Below, piece after piece: positions 19,192-27,767 of a stretch of DNA of 64,000 nt (positions are counted from its first letter, which is position 1; every line of letters starts with the position of its first letter). Origin of the DNA: Chloroflexota bacterium (GTDB lineage: Bacteria > Chloroflexota > UBA11872 > VXOZ01). The stretch spans positions 2,048,001 to 2,112,000 of the forward strand of contig OY760183.1 in NCBI GenBank assembly GCA_963663275.1, read 5' to 3'. A model generated the notes under the pieces. That model searched no databases. It saw nothing but the letters and a program-made list of their open reading frames with translations, and had not been told where the DNA came from. The position numbers were made by a program, and so were the translations under genes.

Positions 19192-19973
19192 GAATCGGCA
19201 CACGCACGGGTTCAATCGGCGCTGAAGGAGAGCGGGCTCTGCCGGTGGCGGCAACGCTGGGCTTTGCGGGTGTGGAATTTTCTATCAGCGCCCGCGACCC
19301 GGCAGGAAACATCCTCGCGGAGCAAGACGGTTGGGACACACTGAAGCGCCAAGCGGCGGAGACTGGCGTGGTGGTTTGCTCGTTGTGCGTCGGTAATCTG
19401 GGCGTGATGCTGACGGGGGACAGCGCGGCTCGCCAGCAGGGCATCCGCGTGGCGACGAATGCGATTGCGGCTGCCGCTTACCTTGACGCGCGCCTGATCC
19501 TCTGCGCCATGGACGCCCCGCCGGAACAGCCCTACGAGGAGTCTTTCGACCGCTGGGTGGACGGCTTCAGCGAGATCATGCCGGCTGCGGAACGCGAGGG
19601 CGTGATCATGGCGCCGGAGAGCGTGGGACGCACGCATCCGCAGTCGGTGGAGCGTTTCCGCCGCCTGGTCGCCGCCATCGATTCGCCGCAGATTGGGGTC
19701 TACTTCGACGTTGGCAACGCCCACACGCAGGGGTTCGACCCCGCAGCCGATTTGCGAGATCTTGGCGGTCTCGTCAGCCAAATCCACACCAAGGAGCCGG
19801 ACCAGATACCGCTCATGGGTTCCGGCCCGCTGGACTGGGACGCAATCTTCGCGGCCATCGACGCCATCGGCTACGACGGCTGGCTGGTGCTGGAGACTTC
19901 CACCGGCGATGATGCCCGCGCCTCGGCGGTGTATAACCGGGAGTTCTTGGAGCGGCGCCTGGGTATGGCGTGA
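19188..19973 (+). CDS. Sugar phosphate isomerase/epimerase (xylose isomerase-like TIM barrel)
   Basis: GFAGVEF, MAPE, YFDVGN, HTKE, GYDGWLVLE. Confidence 0.85.
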   Translation: MRIGTRTGSIGAEGERALPVAATLGFAGVEFSISARDPAGNILAEQDGWDTLKRQAAETGVVVCSLCVGNLGVMLTGDSAARQQGIRVATNAIAAAAYLDARLILCAMDAPPEQPYEESFDRWVDGFSEIMPAAEREGVIMAPESVGRTHPQSVERFRRLVAAIDSPQIGVYFDVGNAHTQGFDPAADLRDLGGLVSQIHTKEPDQIPLMGSGPLDWDAIFAAIDAIGYDGWLVLETSTGDDARASAVYNREFLERRLGMA

Positions 19974-20015
19974 CGGCATCGACGTGGCGCGAGTCTCTTG
20001 GAGGGTGCGTTCAGG

Positions 20016-20112
20016 CCGTTCGTGCTGAGCTTGTCGAAGCATGAACGGCCTGAACGCGGCGGGGTTTCGCTTGGCGTCATGCATTGCCCTTCGACAGGCT
20101 CAGGGCGAACGG
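20016..20112. repeat. REP-like family C (CCGTTCGTGCTGAGCTTGTCGAAGC / CTTCGACAGGCTCAGGGCGAACGG pairs)
   Basis: Also near 20970-20997, 22630-22685, 30279-30368 and 54121-54225. Confidence 0.8.
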
Positions 20113-20124
20113 TAAGGATTCAAG

Positions 20125-20206
20125 AGCGCACGGCTGCCGCTGCAAAGCGCACGGCTGCCGCTGCAAAGCGCACGGCTGCCGCTGCAAAGCGCACGGCTGC
20201 CACTGC
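20125..20206. repeat. 21-nt tandem repeat x4 (AGCGCACGGCTGCCGCTGCAA)
   Basis: Three exact units plus a partial one; a degenerate 4-unit copy lies at 21009-21087. Confidence 0.9.
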
Positions 20207-20214
20207 TGGGTTGA

Positions 20215-20838
20215 CTAGCGCGGCTCGTCCGGTTTGAAGACCGCGCCCAGCACGGGGCTTGGGCCCCACTCGGTCGCCAGGCACTCCATGTAGATCACGT
20301 CCCAATACTTGCCGCCCATGAAATGGCTTTCGCGGCGGCGGCCGAACTCTTTGAAGCCGGCTTTCGTATAGGCGCGGACGCCGGTGGGGTTGTACTCGTG
20401 GACGAGCAGCATCACGTTGTGGAGGCCTTGCACCGTGAAGGCGTAGTCGAGCATCAGTTGCGTGGCTTCCGTGCCGTAGCCCTTACCGCGGGCGTCTGGC
20501 TCGCCGATCGTGATGCCGAATAAGGCCGTGCGGTTGCGATGGTCGATGTCGTGGAGACCGGTAGTGCCAATCGGACGTCCGGTGTTCTTCTCATAGATCG
20601 TAAACTGTACGACCGCGTCGCCGCGCGTGTTGGCGCGTTCGTACCATTGCTCTTCTTGTTCCAGGGTGAGCGGCCGGGGCATGGGTCCCAACATCCGCGT
20701 AGTAGTAAAGTCATTGAACCAGCGCGTGTACAGCGGGACCAGGTCTTTGCGCAGCGGGCCCAGCGCGACCTTTTCGCCAACGATATTGACGAGCGGCAGT
20801 TCATTTGTCGATGATTCTGATTGTCGTTTCGCGTCCAT
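20215..20838 (-). CDS. GNAT acetyltransferase, RimJ/RimL-like, paralog 1
   Basis: FGITIGEPDARGKGYGTEA, NPTGVRAYTKAGF. Confidence 0.92.
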   Translation of the reverse strand: MDAKRQSESSTNELPLVNIVGEKVALGPLRKDLVPLYTRWFNDFTTTRMLGPMPRPLTLEQEEQWYERANTRGDAVVQFTIYEKNTGRPIGTTGLHDIDHRNRTALFGITIGEPDARGKGYGTEATQLMLDYAFTVQGLHNVMLLVHEYNPTGVRAYTKAGFKEFGRRRESHFMGGKYWDVIYMECLATEWGPSPVLGAVFKPDEPR

Positions 20839-21086
20839 TTGCGACCTACCTATGTACTCAGCGTAGTCGGATTATACGCACACTGACGATCCACCGTTCG
20901 AACTCTTTGGGCTTCGCGGAGGCCTTGTCGATGTATTCGCCGCCGTGAGCCTCAATGTCTCCATGATTTGCCCTTCGACACGCTCAGGGCGAACGGTAAG
21001 GGTTCAAAAGCGCTCGGCTGCCACTGCAAAGCATTTGGCTGCCACTGCAATGCACTTGGCTGCCTCTGCAAAGCGCACGGCTGCTG

Positions 21087-21716
21087 CTAGGTTGACTGTC
21101 GCGGCGTGTCCGGCTTGAAGACCTCCGCCAGCACGGGACTTGGCCCCCACTCGGTCGCCAGGCATTCCATGTGGATCACGTCCCAGTATTTGCCGCCCAT
21201 GAATTGGCTTTCGCGGCGTCGGCCAAACTCTTTGAAGCCGGCGTTCGTGTACGCGCGGATGCCGGCGGGATTGTATTCAAAGACCCGCAGCATGACGTTA
21301 TGCAGGCCGAGCGCCGTGAAGGCGTAGCCGAGAATAAGCCGCGTGGCCTCCGTGCCGCAGCCCTTGCCGCGGGCGTCCGGCTCGCCAATCATTATGCCGA
21401 ATTCGGCCGTGCGGTTGCGATAGTCGATGCCATGGAGACCGCAGTTGCCAATGGGGCGTGCGGCGCCCCGCTCGTAGATCGTAAACGAGACATTGTCCGC
21501 GCTTTCCGCGGACTCGCGCTCGTACCACTGCTCCTCTTGTTCCGCGGTAAGCGGCCGGGGCAGAACGCCCATGGTGCGCAGCGTGTGAAAGTTGTTCATC
21601 CAGCGGGTATACGTAGGCACTAGATCTTTGCGCAGCGGGCCCAGTGCGGTCTTTTCGCCGACGATATTGAACAGCGGTGTTGCACCCGGTGAATCTGCTT
21701 GTGGTTTCGCTTTCAT
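21087..21716 (-). CDS. GNAT acetyltransferase, RimJ/RimL-like, paralog 2
   Basis: FGIMIGEPDARGKGCGTEA; closely similar to its neighbours. Confidence 0.92.
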   Translation of the reverse strand: MKAKPQADSPGATPLFNIVGEKTALGPLRKDLVPTYTRWMNNFHTLRTMGVLPRPLTAEQEEQWYERESAESADNVSFTIYERGAARPIGNCGLHGIDYRNRTAEFGIMIGEPDARGKGCGTEATRLILGYAFTALGLHNVMLRVFEYNPAGIRAYTNAGFKEFGRRRESQFMGGKYWDVIHMECLATEWGPSPVLAEVFKPDTPRQST

Positions 21717-21914
21717 TTGTGACTTGCCTGCGTGAACTTTTCGACCGAATTCGTTGTGTGCCCCGAATCTTTCTGTGATGCCTTGATCACTCGGTAAGAC
21801 CTAAACTTGCTTAACCTGAGCTTGCATAGTATCCAGGCGTGAACGGTTGTGAGCGCAGGGCGAAATTTCATTCCTGGTTTCACCCTCTGACCGGCTCAGG
21901 GCAAGCATAGACCA

Positions 21915-22550
21915 TTACTGGGAGGACGGGCGCGGCTCGTCAGACTTGAAGGCCTCGGCCAGTATCGGGCTTGGGCCCCGCTCTGATGACAGGCACTCCA
22001 TGTGAATCTCGTCCCAGCGCTTGCCACCCATGAGAATCTTCTCTCTGCGACGCCCATACTGCTTGAAGCCGGCTCTCGTGTAGGCACGGATACCGGCCAG
22101 GTTGTATGCGTGGACGGTTAGCTTTACGTTGTGTATGCCGAGTGCCGTGAACGCATAGCCGAGCATCAGTTGCGTCGTCTCCGTGCCATAGCCCTTCCCG
22201 CGCGCTTCGGGCTCGCCAATTGTAATGCCGAACTCGGCAGTGCGGTTGCGATAGTCAATGTCGTTGAGACCGGTGTTGCCGATGGGTCGCATGGTGTCCC
22301 GCTGGTACACGGTAAAGGCTATTTCGGTCTCGCCACGCTGAATCACGCGCTCATACCACTTCTCTTCCAATTCCACTTCAAGTGGGACCGGCATTGCTCC
22401 CAGCGTACGAAGCGTATTGAAGTCGTTGTACCAGCGCGTATAGGTTGGAATCAGACTTTTGCGCAATGGGCCGAGCGCGACTTTCTCGCCTACGATGTTG
22501 ACGAGCGGCAGCGTGGCTGCACATGTTTCTGATTGTGGTTTCGTGTCCAC
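21915..22550 (-). CDS. GNAT acetyltransferase, RimJ/RimL-like, paralog 3
   Basis: FGITIGEPEARGKGYGTET; GTG start placed by alignment with paralogs. Confidence 0.9.
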   Translation of the reverse strand: MDTKPQSETCAATLPLVNIVGEKVALGPLRKSLIPTYTRWYNDFNTLRTLGAMPVPLEVELEEKWYERVIQRGETEIAFTVYQRDTMRPIGNTGLNDIDYRNRTAEFGITIGEPEARGKGYGTETTQLMLGYAFTALGIHNVKLTVHAYNLAGIRAYTRAGFKQYGRRREKILMGGKRWDEIHMECLSSERGPSPILAEAFKSDEPRPSSQ

Positions 22551-22967
22551 TTGAGACCTACTTGCTAACTCTCTTTGAGCGGGACCAACGCGCAGGCCCG
22601 TCGCTGCAAATCTGGATTGTGCGCCTTTAGTTCGTACTGAGCTTGCCTTGCTGAGCCTGTCGAAGCATCTAAGTGTGAACGGTCGCTTTCGCATGGACTT
22701 TCAGAGGCGCCACTTGCTCTTCGCCCCCTGGCTGTTTACTGATTCGATGCCATTTGGCCATAGCAACTATCGGCTAGAGGGTCTTAGGGTACGTGCTAGA
22801 ATAGCATAGGTGTGTCCGCTTGAGCGCAATTGAGCGGCGAAATATCAACAAGGCCTCCTGCCCATTCGTGCACCGTTCAATTGGGGTAGACTGGAGCCGG
22901 TGTGGTCACCGTTGCCGGCAGGAGAGCGTTCAACCCACAAAAACCGCATGGAACCACGTATGCCGCC

Positions 22968-23969
22968 ATGAGTGCGATTTCCGTACAAAACCTCTCCAAA
23001 TACTACGCAGTCCACCAGAAAGAACCGGGACTGGTCGGCTCGCTCAAGTCGTTCGTGCGGCGCAAGACCTACGACGTGAAGGCCGTGGACGACATCTCGT
23101 TCTCCATCGAGCCCGGCGAGTTGGTCGGTTTCCTGGGCCCGAACGGCGCGGGCAAGACCACCACGCTCAAAGTGCTCTCCGGGCTGCTCTATCCCACCGG
23201 CGGCGAGGTATCCGTGCTGGGCTACACGCCGTGGCAGCGCCAGGCGGCCTTTCAGCGGCGCTTTGCCCTGGTGATGGGACAGAAGAACCAGGTCTGGTGG
23301 GACTTGCCGCCCATGGAGACCTTTCTCATCAACAAGGAAATCTACGAGGTGCCGGACGCGCATTTCCACGAGACGCTGGACGAACTGGTGCAGATCCTCG
23401 AACTGGAGCAGGTTATCAACGTGCAGGCGCGCAAACTCTCGTTGGGCGAGCGCATGAAGTGCGAGTTGCTGGCCGCGCTGCTGCACCGGCCCCAGGTGCT
23501 CTTCCTGGACGAGCCGACCATCGGCCTGGACGTGGTGATGCAGCAGAACATCCGCAACTTCGTGCGCGAGTACAACGCCCGCTATGGCGCGACGGTCATC
23601 CTGACGAGCCACTACATGCGCGACGTGGAGGCGCTCTGCGACCGGGTGCTCATAATCGACCACGGCCATCTCGTCTTCGACGGCGACCTGGATACGGTCG
23701 TGCGCCGCTACGCCGACTACAAGTTCATCACCGTAACGTTCGCCACGCCGGTGGCGGAAGCCGCATTGGCCGAGTTCGGCGCGGTGACCGCCTACCGCCC
23801 CCGCACCACCACCCTGCGCATTGCCCGCGACGCCGTGCCGCAGGTCTCCGCTCGATTGCTACAGGACTTCCCAGTGCTGGACCTGAACATCGTCGAACCC
23901 GAGGTTGACGAGGTGGTGCGGCAGTTCTTCTCCGGTGAACGGCCCGCGTATGCAGAAACTGTTTCGTAA
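22968..23969 (+). CDS. ABC transporter ATP-binding protein
   Basis: GPNGAGKTT, LSLGERMK, LFLDEPT, TSH. Confidence 0.95.
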   Translation: MSAISVQNLSKYYAVHQKEPGLVGSLKSFVRRKTYDVKAVDDISFSIEPGELVGFLGPNGAGKTTTLKVLSGLLYPTGGEVSVLGYTPWQRQAAFQRRFALVMGQKNQVWWDLPPMETFLINKEIYEVPDAHFHETLDELVQILELEQVINVQARKLSLGERMKCELLAALLHRPQVLFLDEPTIGLDVVMQQNIRNFVREYNARYGATVILTSHYMRDVEALCDRVLIIDHGHLVFDGDLDTVVRRYADYKFITVTFATPVAEAALAEFGAVTAYRPRTTTLRIARDAVPQVSARLLQDFPVLDLNIVEPEVDEVVRQFFSGERPAYAETVS

Positions 23970-24762
23970 ACTACGCGCGGCCTTTCTCTTTTCATGGCAA
24001 GATGCCCTCATATATCGCACCGAGGGTTTTATTTGGTTCATCAACGACGCCGTTATACCGCTCGTGATGATTGCGCTCTGGCTGGCGGCGTACCGCACCG
24101 TTGATCGGGTTGGAGCGTACGCGGTCGAAGACATGGTCCACTACTACGTCATGTTCTTGGCCCTGAGCACGATTCTGACGCCCTATCCGGAGGGGTACTC
24201 AAGCTACCTCATTCGCAATGGCGCAATCTCTCTGCACCTCGTGCGGCCGTTCCCGTTCCAACTGTGGCTGCTCGCAGGTGAAGTCGCTGGAAGAGTCGTC
24301 CGGCTCTTCTTTCTCATTCCGCTCATACTCTTGATTGTCCTCACTCTTGGGTGGGGCCTGCTGGATGCGTTCGCGCTGACGTGGGAGACTACGCCCATCC
24401 TGCTGGCGAGCATGGTGCTTTCCTTTTTGCTAAGCTACTGCCTCAAGCTGTCCATCGGCCTGCTGGCGTTCTGGATAGGTCGCATTGATGGAATTGCCCA
24501 AGTGTTTATTATTGTCAAGATTTTTCTGGCCGGGAACATCATGCCTTTGGACTTGATGCCGCCGGCAGTGGAGCGAATGACGTTCTTTCTGCCGTTTCGC
24601 TACCTCTATTTCTTCCCGGTGCAGTTGCTCCAGGGCCGGCTCGACTTTCTGTCTGCGCTGGGCGGGCTCGCTATACAGGGCATGTGGTTGGTACTGGCGT
24701 ACCTGCTTATGCAATGGGTGTTTGCCGCCGGGGTGCGCCGCTACGGCGCGTATGGAGGCTGA
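23950..24762 (+). CDS. ABC-2 family (DUF990-like) permease A1
   Basis: Multi-TM; IRNGAISLHLVRP, LPFRY, RRYGAYGG. Confidence 0.88.
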   Translation: MQKLFRKLRAAFLFSWQDALIYRTEGFIWFINDAVIPLVMIALWLAAYRTVDRVGAYAVEDMVHYYVMFLALSTILTPYPEGYSSYLIRNGAISLHLVRPFPFQLWLLAGEVAGRVVRLFFLIPLILLIVLTLGWGLLDAFALTWETTPILLASMVLSFLLSYCLKLSIGLLAFWIGRIDGIAQVFIIVKIFLAGNIMPLDLMPPAVERMTFFLPFRYLYFFPVQLLQGRLDFLSALGGLAIQGMWLVLAYLLMQWVFAAGVRRYGAYGG

Positions 24763-24765
24763 ATT

Positions 24766-25554
24766 ATGCGACGGTACGTGCGGCTCTATCGCGCCTTTGC
24801 CAAGAATTCCATCCTGGACTCGCTGGAATATCGGCTGAGTTTCACGATCTGGAGCATTGCCACGGTCCTCCTCGCTGTGGTCTACGTGCTATCGCTCCAA
24901 TTCATCTTCGGCCACGTGCGGACGATCGCCGGCTGGCGCATGGAGCAGATGCTGGTGCTGGCGGCCACCGTGATGATCGTGGATGGCATCGTGGAGTCGA
25001 TCTTTGGCGAGAATATGAACGGGCTCTCCGGGCTCATTAATCGCGGGGAGCTCGATTTCGTGTTGAGCAAGCCGGTAAGCTCACGCTTCTACGTTTCAAC
25101 GCGGCGGTTTGATTGGGACCCGTTAGTACAGGTGGTTACTGGATGCGCCGTACTATGGTACGCAATTGGTATGCTCGCGCAGCCGATTGCCTGGCATGGC
25201 GCGCTGCTCTACGTGGGGTTGGTATTGTGCGCGAGCTTGATGGCCTATTCCCTCTGGTTTATGGTCGTGTCGGTCACGTTCTGGGCCGGTAGACTCAATA
25301 ACGTAGCGAATCTCTACTACAACTTCATTGAGATTGCCCGCGTACCCACCGACGTCTTTCGCGGCTCGCTCCGCATCGGCCTGACGTTTGTGCTGCCGGT
25401 GGCTTTCATCGCCACGGTCCCCAGCCAAGCCCTCATGGGCCTCCTCAGCCCCGCATTCGCCCTCACCGCCTGCGCCATGACCGCCGCGCTCCTCATCCTC
25501 TCCCACCTCTTCTGGCGCTTGGCGCTGACGAAGTACTCCAGCGCGAGTAGTTAG
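24766..25554 (+). CDS. ABC-2 family permease B1
   Basis: IAGW, GELDFVLSKP, LPVAFIATVP, YSSASS. Confidence 0.88.
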   Translation: MRRYVRLYRAFAKNSILDSLEYRLSFTIWSIATVLLAVVYVLSLQFIFGHVRTIAGWRMEQMLVLAATVMIVDGIVESIFGENMNGLSGLINRGELDFVLSKPVSSRFYVSTRRFDWDPLVQVVTGCAVLWYAIGMLAQPIAWHGALLYVGLVLCASLMAYSLWFMVVSVTFWAGRLNNVANLYYNFIEIARVPTDVFRGSLRIGLTFVLPVAFIATVPSQALMGLLSPAFALTACAMTAALLILSHLFWRLALTKYSSASS

Positions 25555-25565
25555 GCGAGTTTTGT

Positions 25566-26378
25566 ATGCAGAAACTGTATTCGAAAGCACGCGCGGTGTT
25601 CCTTGCCTCCTGGCAAGAGTCCTTGATGTATCGCGCCGAGAGTCTCGTCTATTTCATCGGAGACGCGGTGCTGCCGCTCGTGATGATAGCCCTCTGGACG
25701 GCCGCCTTCCGCACCGTTGATCGGATTGGCGCATACGCCGTGCAGGACATGGTGAACTACTATCTCATGTTCCTGGTGTTCAGCACGCTCTTGACGCCTC
25801 ATCCGGAGTGGAACACGAGCGCGCTGATACGCAGCGGCAACCTCTCCAAGTACCTCGTGCGCCCGTTTCCCTTTATGCTGGAACAGCTTACGGGAGACGT
25901 TGCCTGGAGGGGCGTGCGCGTCTTCTTCCTGGCGCCGATGCTGCTGGTCTTCTTCTTGATTTTCGGACAGAGCGCGCTGGACAGCTTTGGGATCAGGTGG
26001 GAAATCGTGCCTATTCTACTCGTAAGCGCGGCGCTTTCATTCTTGCTGAGCTACTGCCTGAAAGTGACCCTGGGCTTTCTGGCTTTCTGGATCGGTCAAG
26101 TGGACGGTATCATCGAGGTATATCTCATCGTCACGATGTTCCTGGCCGGCAGCATCATCCCCCTGGACCTCATGCCTGGCGCGGTGGAGCGCCTCACGCA
26201 CTTCCTACCGTTTCGTTACCTCTACTTCTTTCAAGTGCAGTTGATTCAGGGGCGGCTCGATCTTGCGGCGGCTTTGGGTGGACTGGCGGTGCAAGCGGCG
26301 TGGCTGGCGGCAGCTTATTTGCTGATGCGGCGCGTGTTTGCGGCCGGATTGCGCCGTTTTGGCGCGTACGGGGGCTGA
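25566..26378 (+). CDS. ABC-2 family permease A2 (paralog of A1)
   Basis: IRSGNLSKYLVRP, LPFRY, RRFGAYGG. Confidence 0.88.
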   Translation: MQKLYSKARAVFLASWQESLMYRAESLVYFIGDAVLPLVMIALWTAAFRTVDRIGAYAVQDMVNYYLMFLVFSTLLTPHPEWNTSALIRSGNLSKYLVRPFPFMLEQLTGDVAWRGVRVFFLAPMLLVFFLIFGQSALDSFGIRWEIVPILLVSAALSFLLSYCLKVTLGFLAFWIGQVDGIIEVYLIVTMFLAGSIIPLDLMPGAVERLTHFLPFRYLYFFQVQLIQGRLDLAAALGGLAVQAAWLAAAYLLMRRVFAAGLRRFGAYGG

Positions 26379-26381
26379 AAG

Positions 26382-27170
26382 ATGGTGCGATACCTGCGGC
26401 TCTACGCGGCTTTTGCCAAGAACTCCATCCTGAACGCGCTGGAATACCGGCTGAGCACCGCGGTGTGGAGCGTCTCCACCATCTTCTATGCCGCCGTGTA
26501 CGTCGCCTCCATCCACTTCATCTTTGGCCACGTGCAGACCATCGCGGGCTGGCGCATGGAACACATGCTGGTCCTGGCGGCGACGGTGATGATCGTGGAC
26601 GGCATCGTGGAGACGATCTTCGGCGAAAACATGAACGCGCTCTCCGACCTGATCAACCGGGGTGACTTGGACTTCGTGTTGAGCAAGCCGGTCAGCGCCC
26701 GCTTCTACGTCTCCACCCGCAAGTTCGATTGGGATCCGCTGGTGCAGGTTGCGCTCGGCGGGGGCGTGTTGTGGTACGCGGTCGGCTTGCTCGCGGAGCC
26801 GCTCACGTGGGGTGGCGCGCTGCTCTATCTGGCGCTGATCCTGTGCGCGTGCTTGATCACCTACTCGCTCTGGTTCATGGCGGTCTCGGTAGTATTCTGG
26901 ACCGGCCGGCTCCGCAATGTCGCCTACCTCTACTACAACATGATTGAGATTGCCCGCATCCCCACCGACGTCTTTCGCGGCGCGCTGCGGATGGGCCTGA
27001 CGTTCGTGCTGCCGGTGGCTTTTGTCGCAACCGTTCCCAGCCAGGCCCTCATGGGCCTGCTCAGCCCCGCCTTCACCCTCGCCGCCTTCGGCATGACCGC
27101 CGGACTGCTGATTCTTTCCCACCTCTTCTGGAAACTGGCGCTGACGAAGTACTCCAGCGCAAGCAGCTAG
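26382..27170 (+). CDS. ABC-2 family permease B2 (paralog of B1)
   Basis: GDLDFVLSKP, YSSASS. Confidence 0.88.
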   Translation: MVRYLRLYAAFAKNSILNALEYRLSTAVWSVSTIFYAAVYVASIHFIFGHVQTIAGWRMEHMLVLAATVMIVDGIVETIFGENMNALSDLINRGDLDFVLSKPVSARFYVSTRKFDWDPLVQVALGGGVLWYAVGLLAEPLTWGGALLYLALILCACLITYSLWFMAVSVVFWTGRLRNVAYLYYNMIEIARIPTDVFRGALRMGLTFVLPVAFVATVPSQALMGLLSPAFTLAAFGMTAGLLILSHLFWKLALTKYSSASS

Positions 27171-27767
27171 TGACATACCTAGTGTCCCGCCGGCGTAGTG
27201 CCGGGCCGAGCGCAAGCGAGGAATCTCAGGCAAACGTAGCGCGGGGGCTTGTCCCCCGCCTCCGGTCTTCCATCGGAGCCGACGCCACGGCAAGATGCGC
27301 AGGTTAAAAACCTACGCTACCGGACAGGCGAAGTGCGGGGGCTGGCCCCTAATGTTGTCGCATCAAACGCAGTGAGAATGAAATCTACGCTTGTTTCTCC
27401 GGTAGCGCAGGTTTGTAACCTGCGTCTTCCGTAGGGTCAATCGATTTCGTTCACACTCTTCTTTACCGGCGGGGGCTTGTCCCCCGCAATGTGAAGTGGC
27501 TACGGGTCGATAGCGGTTTGCAACCCCCGCTTCTCGTCGATTCTGGTTTTGTGGGATTGCACGTGCTACCCTTAGTAGCGGCAATTGTTGTTCTGGAATC
27601 CATTGTTGCGCAGGACCGACGGCGGACGCCCGCATAGATGAACAAAACCGCGGGCAGAGTGCGAGATGTCAAGGGCCGCTCCCATCGAGTCTCTCCAGGG
27701 ACCGGGAGAGTGGCATGCAGCGGGCGGCCGCCGGTGGCCGGAGCTATTTCACACAGGGAGAAGTGGT

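Noticed and set aside
20215-21089. Pyrrolysine readthrough of the GNAT amber codons
   Set aside because: No pyl genes in the window, and the stops fall at different positions after complete domains
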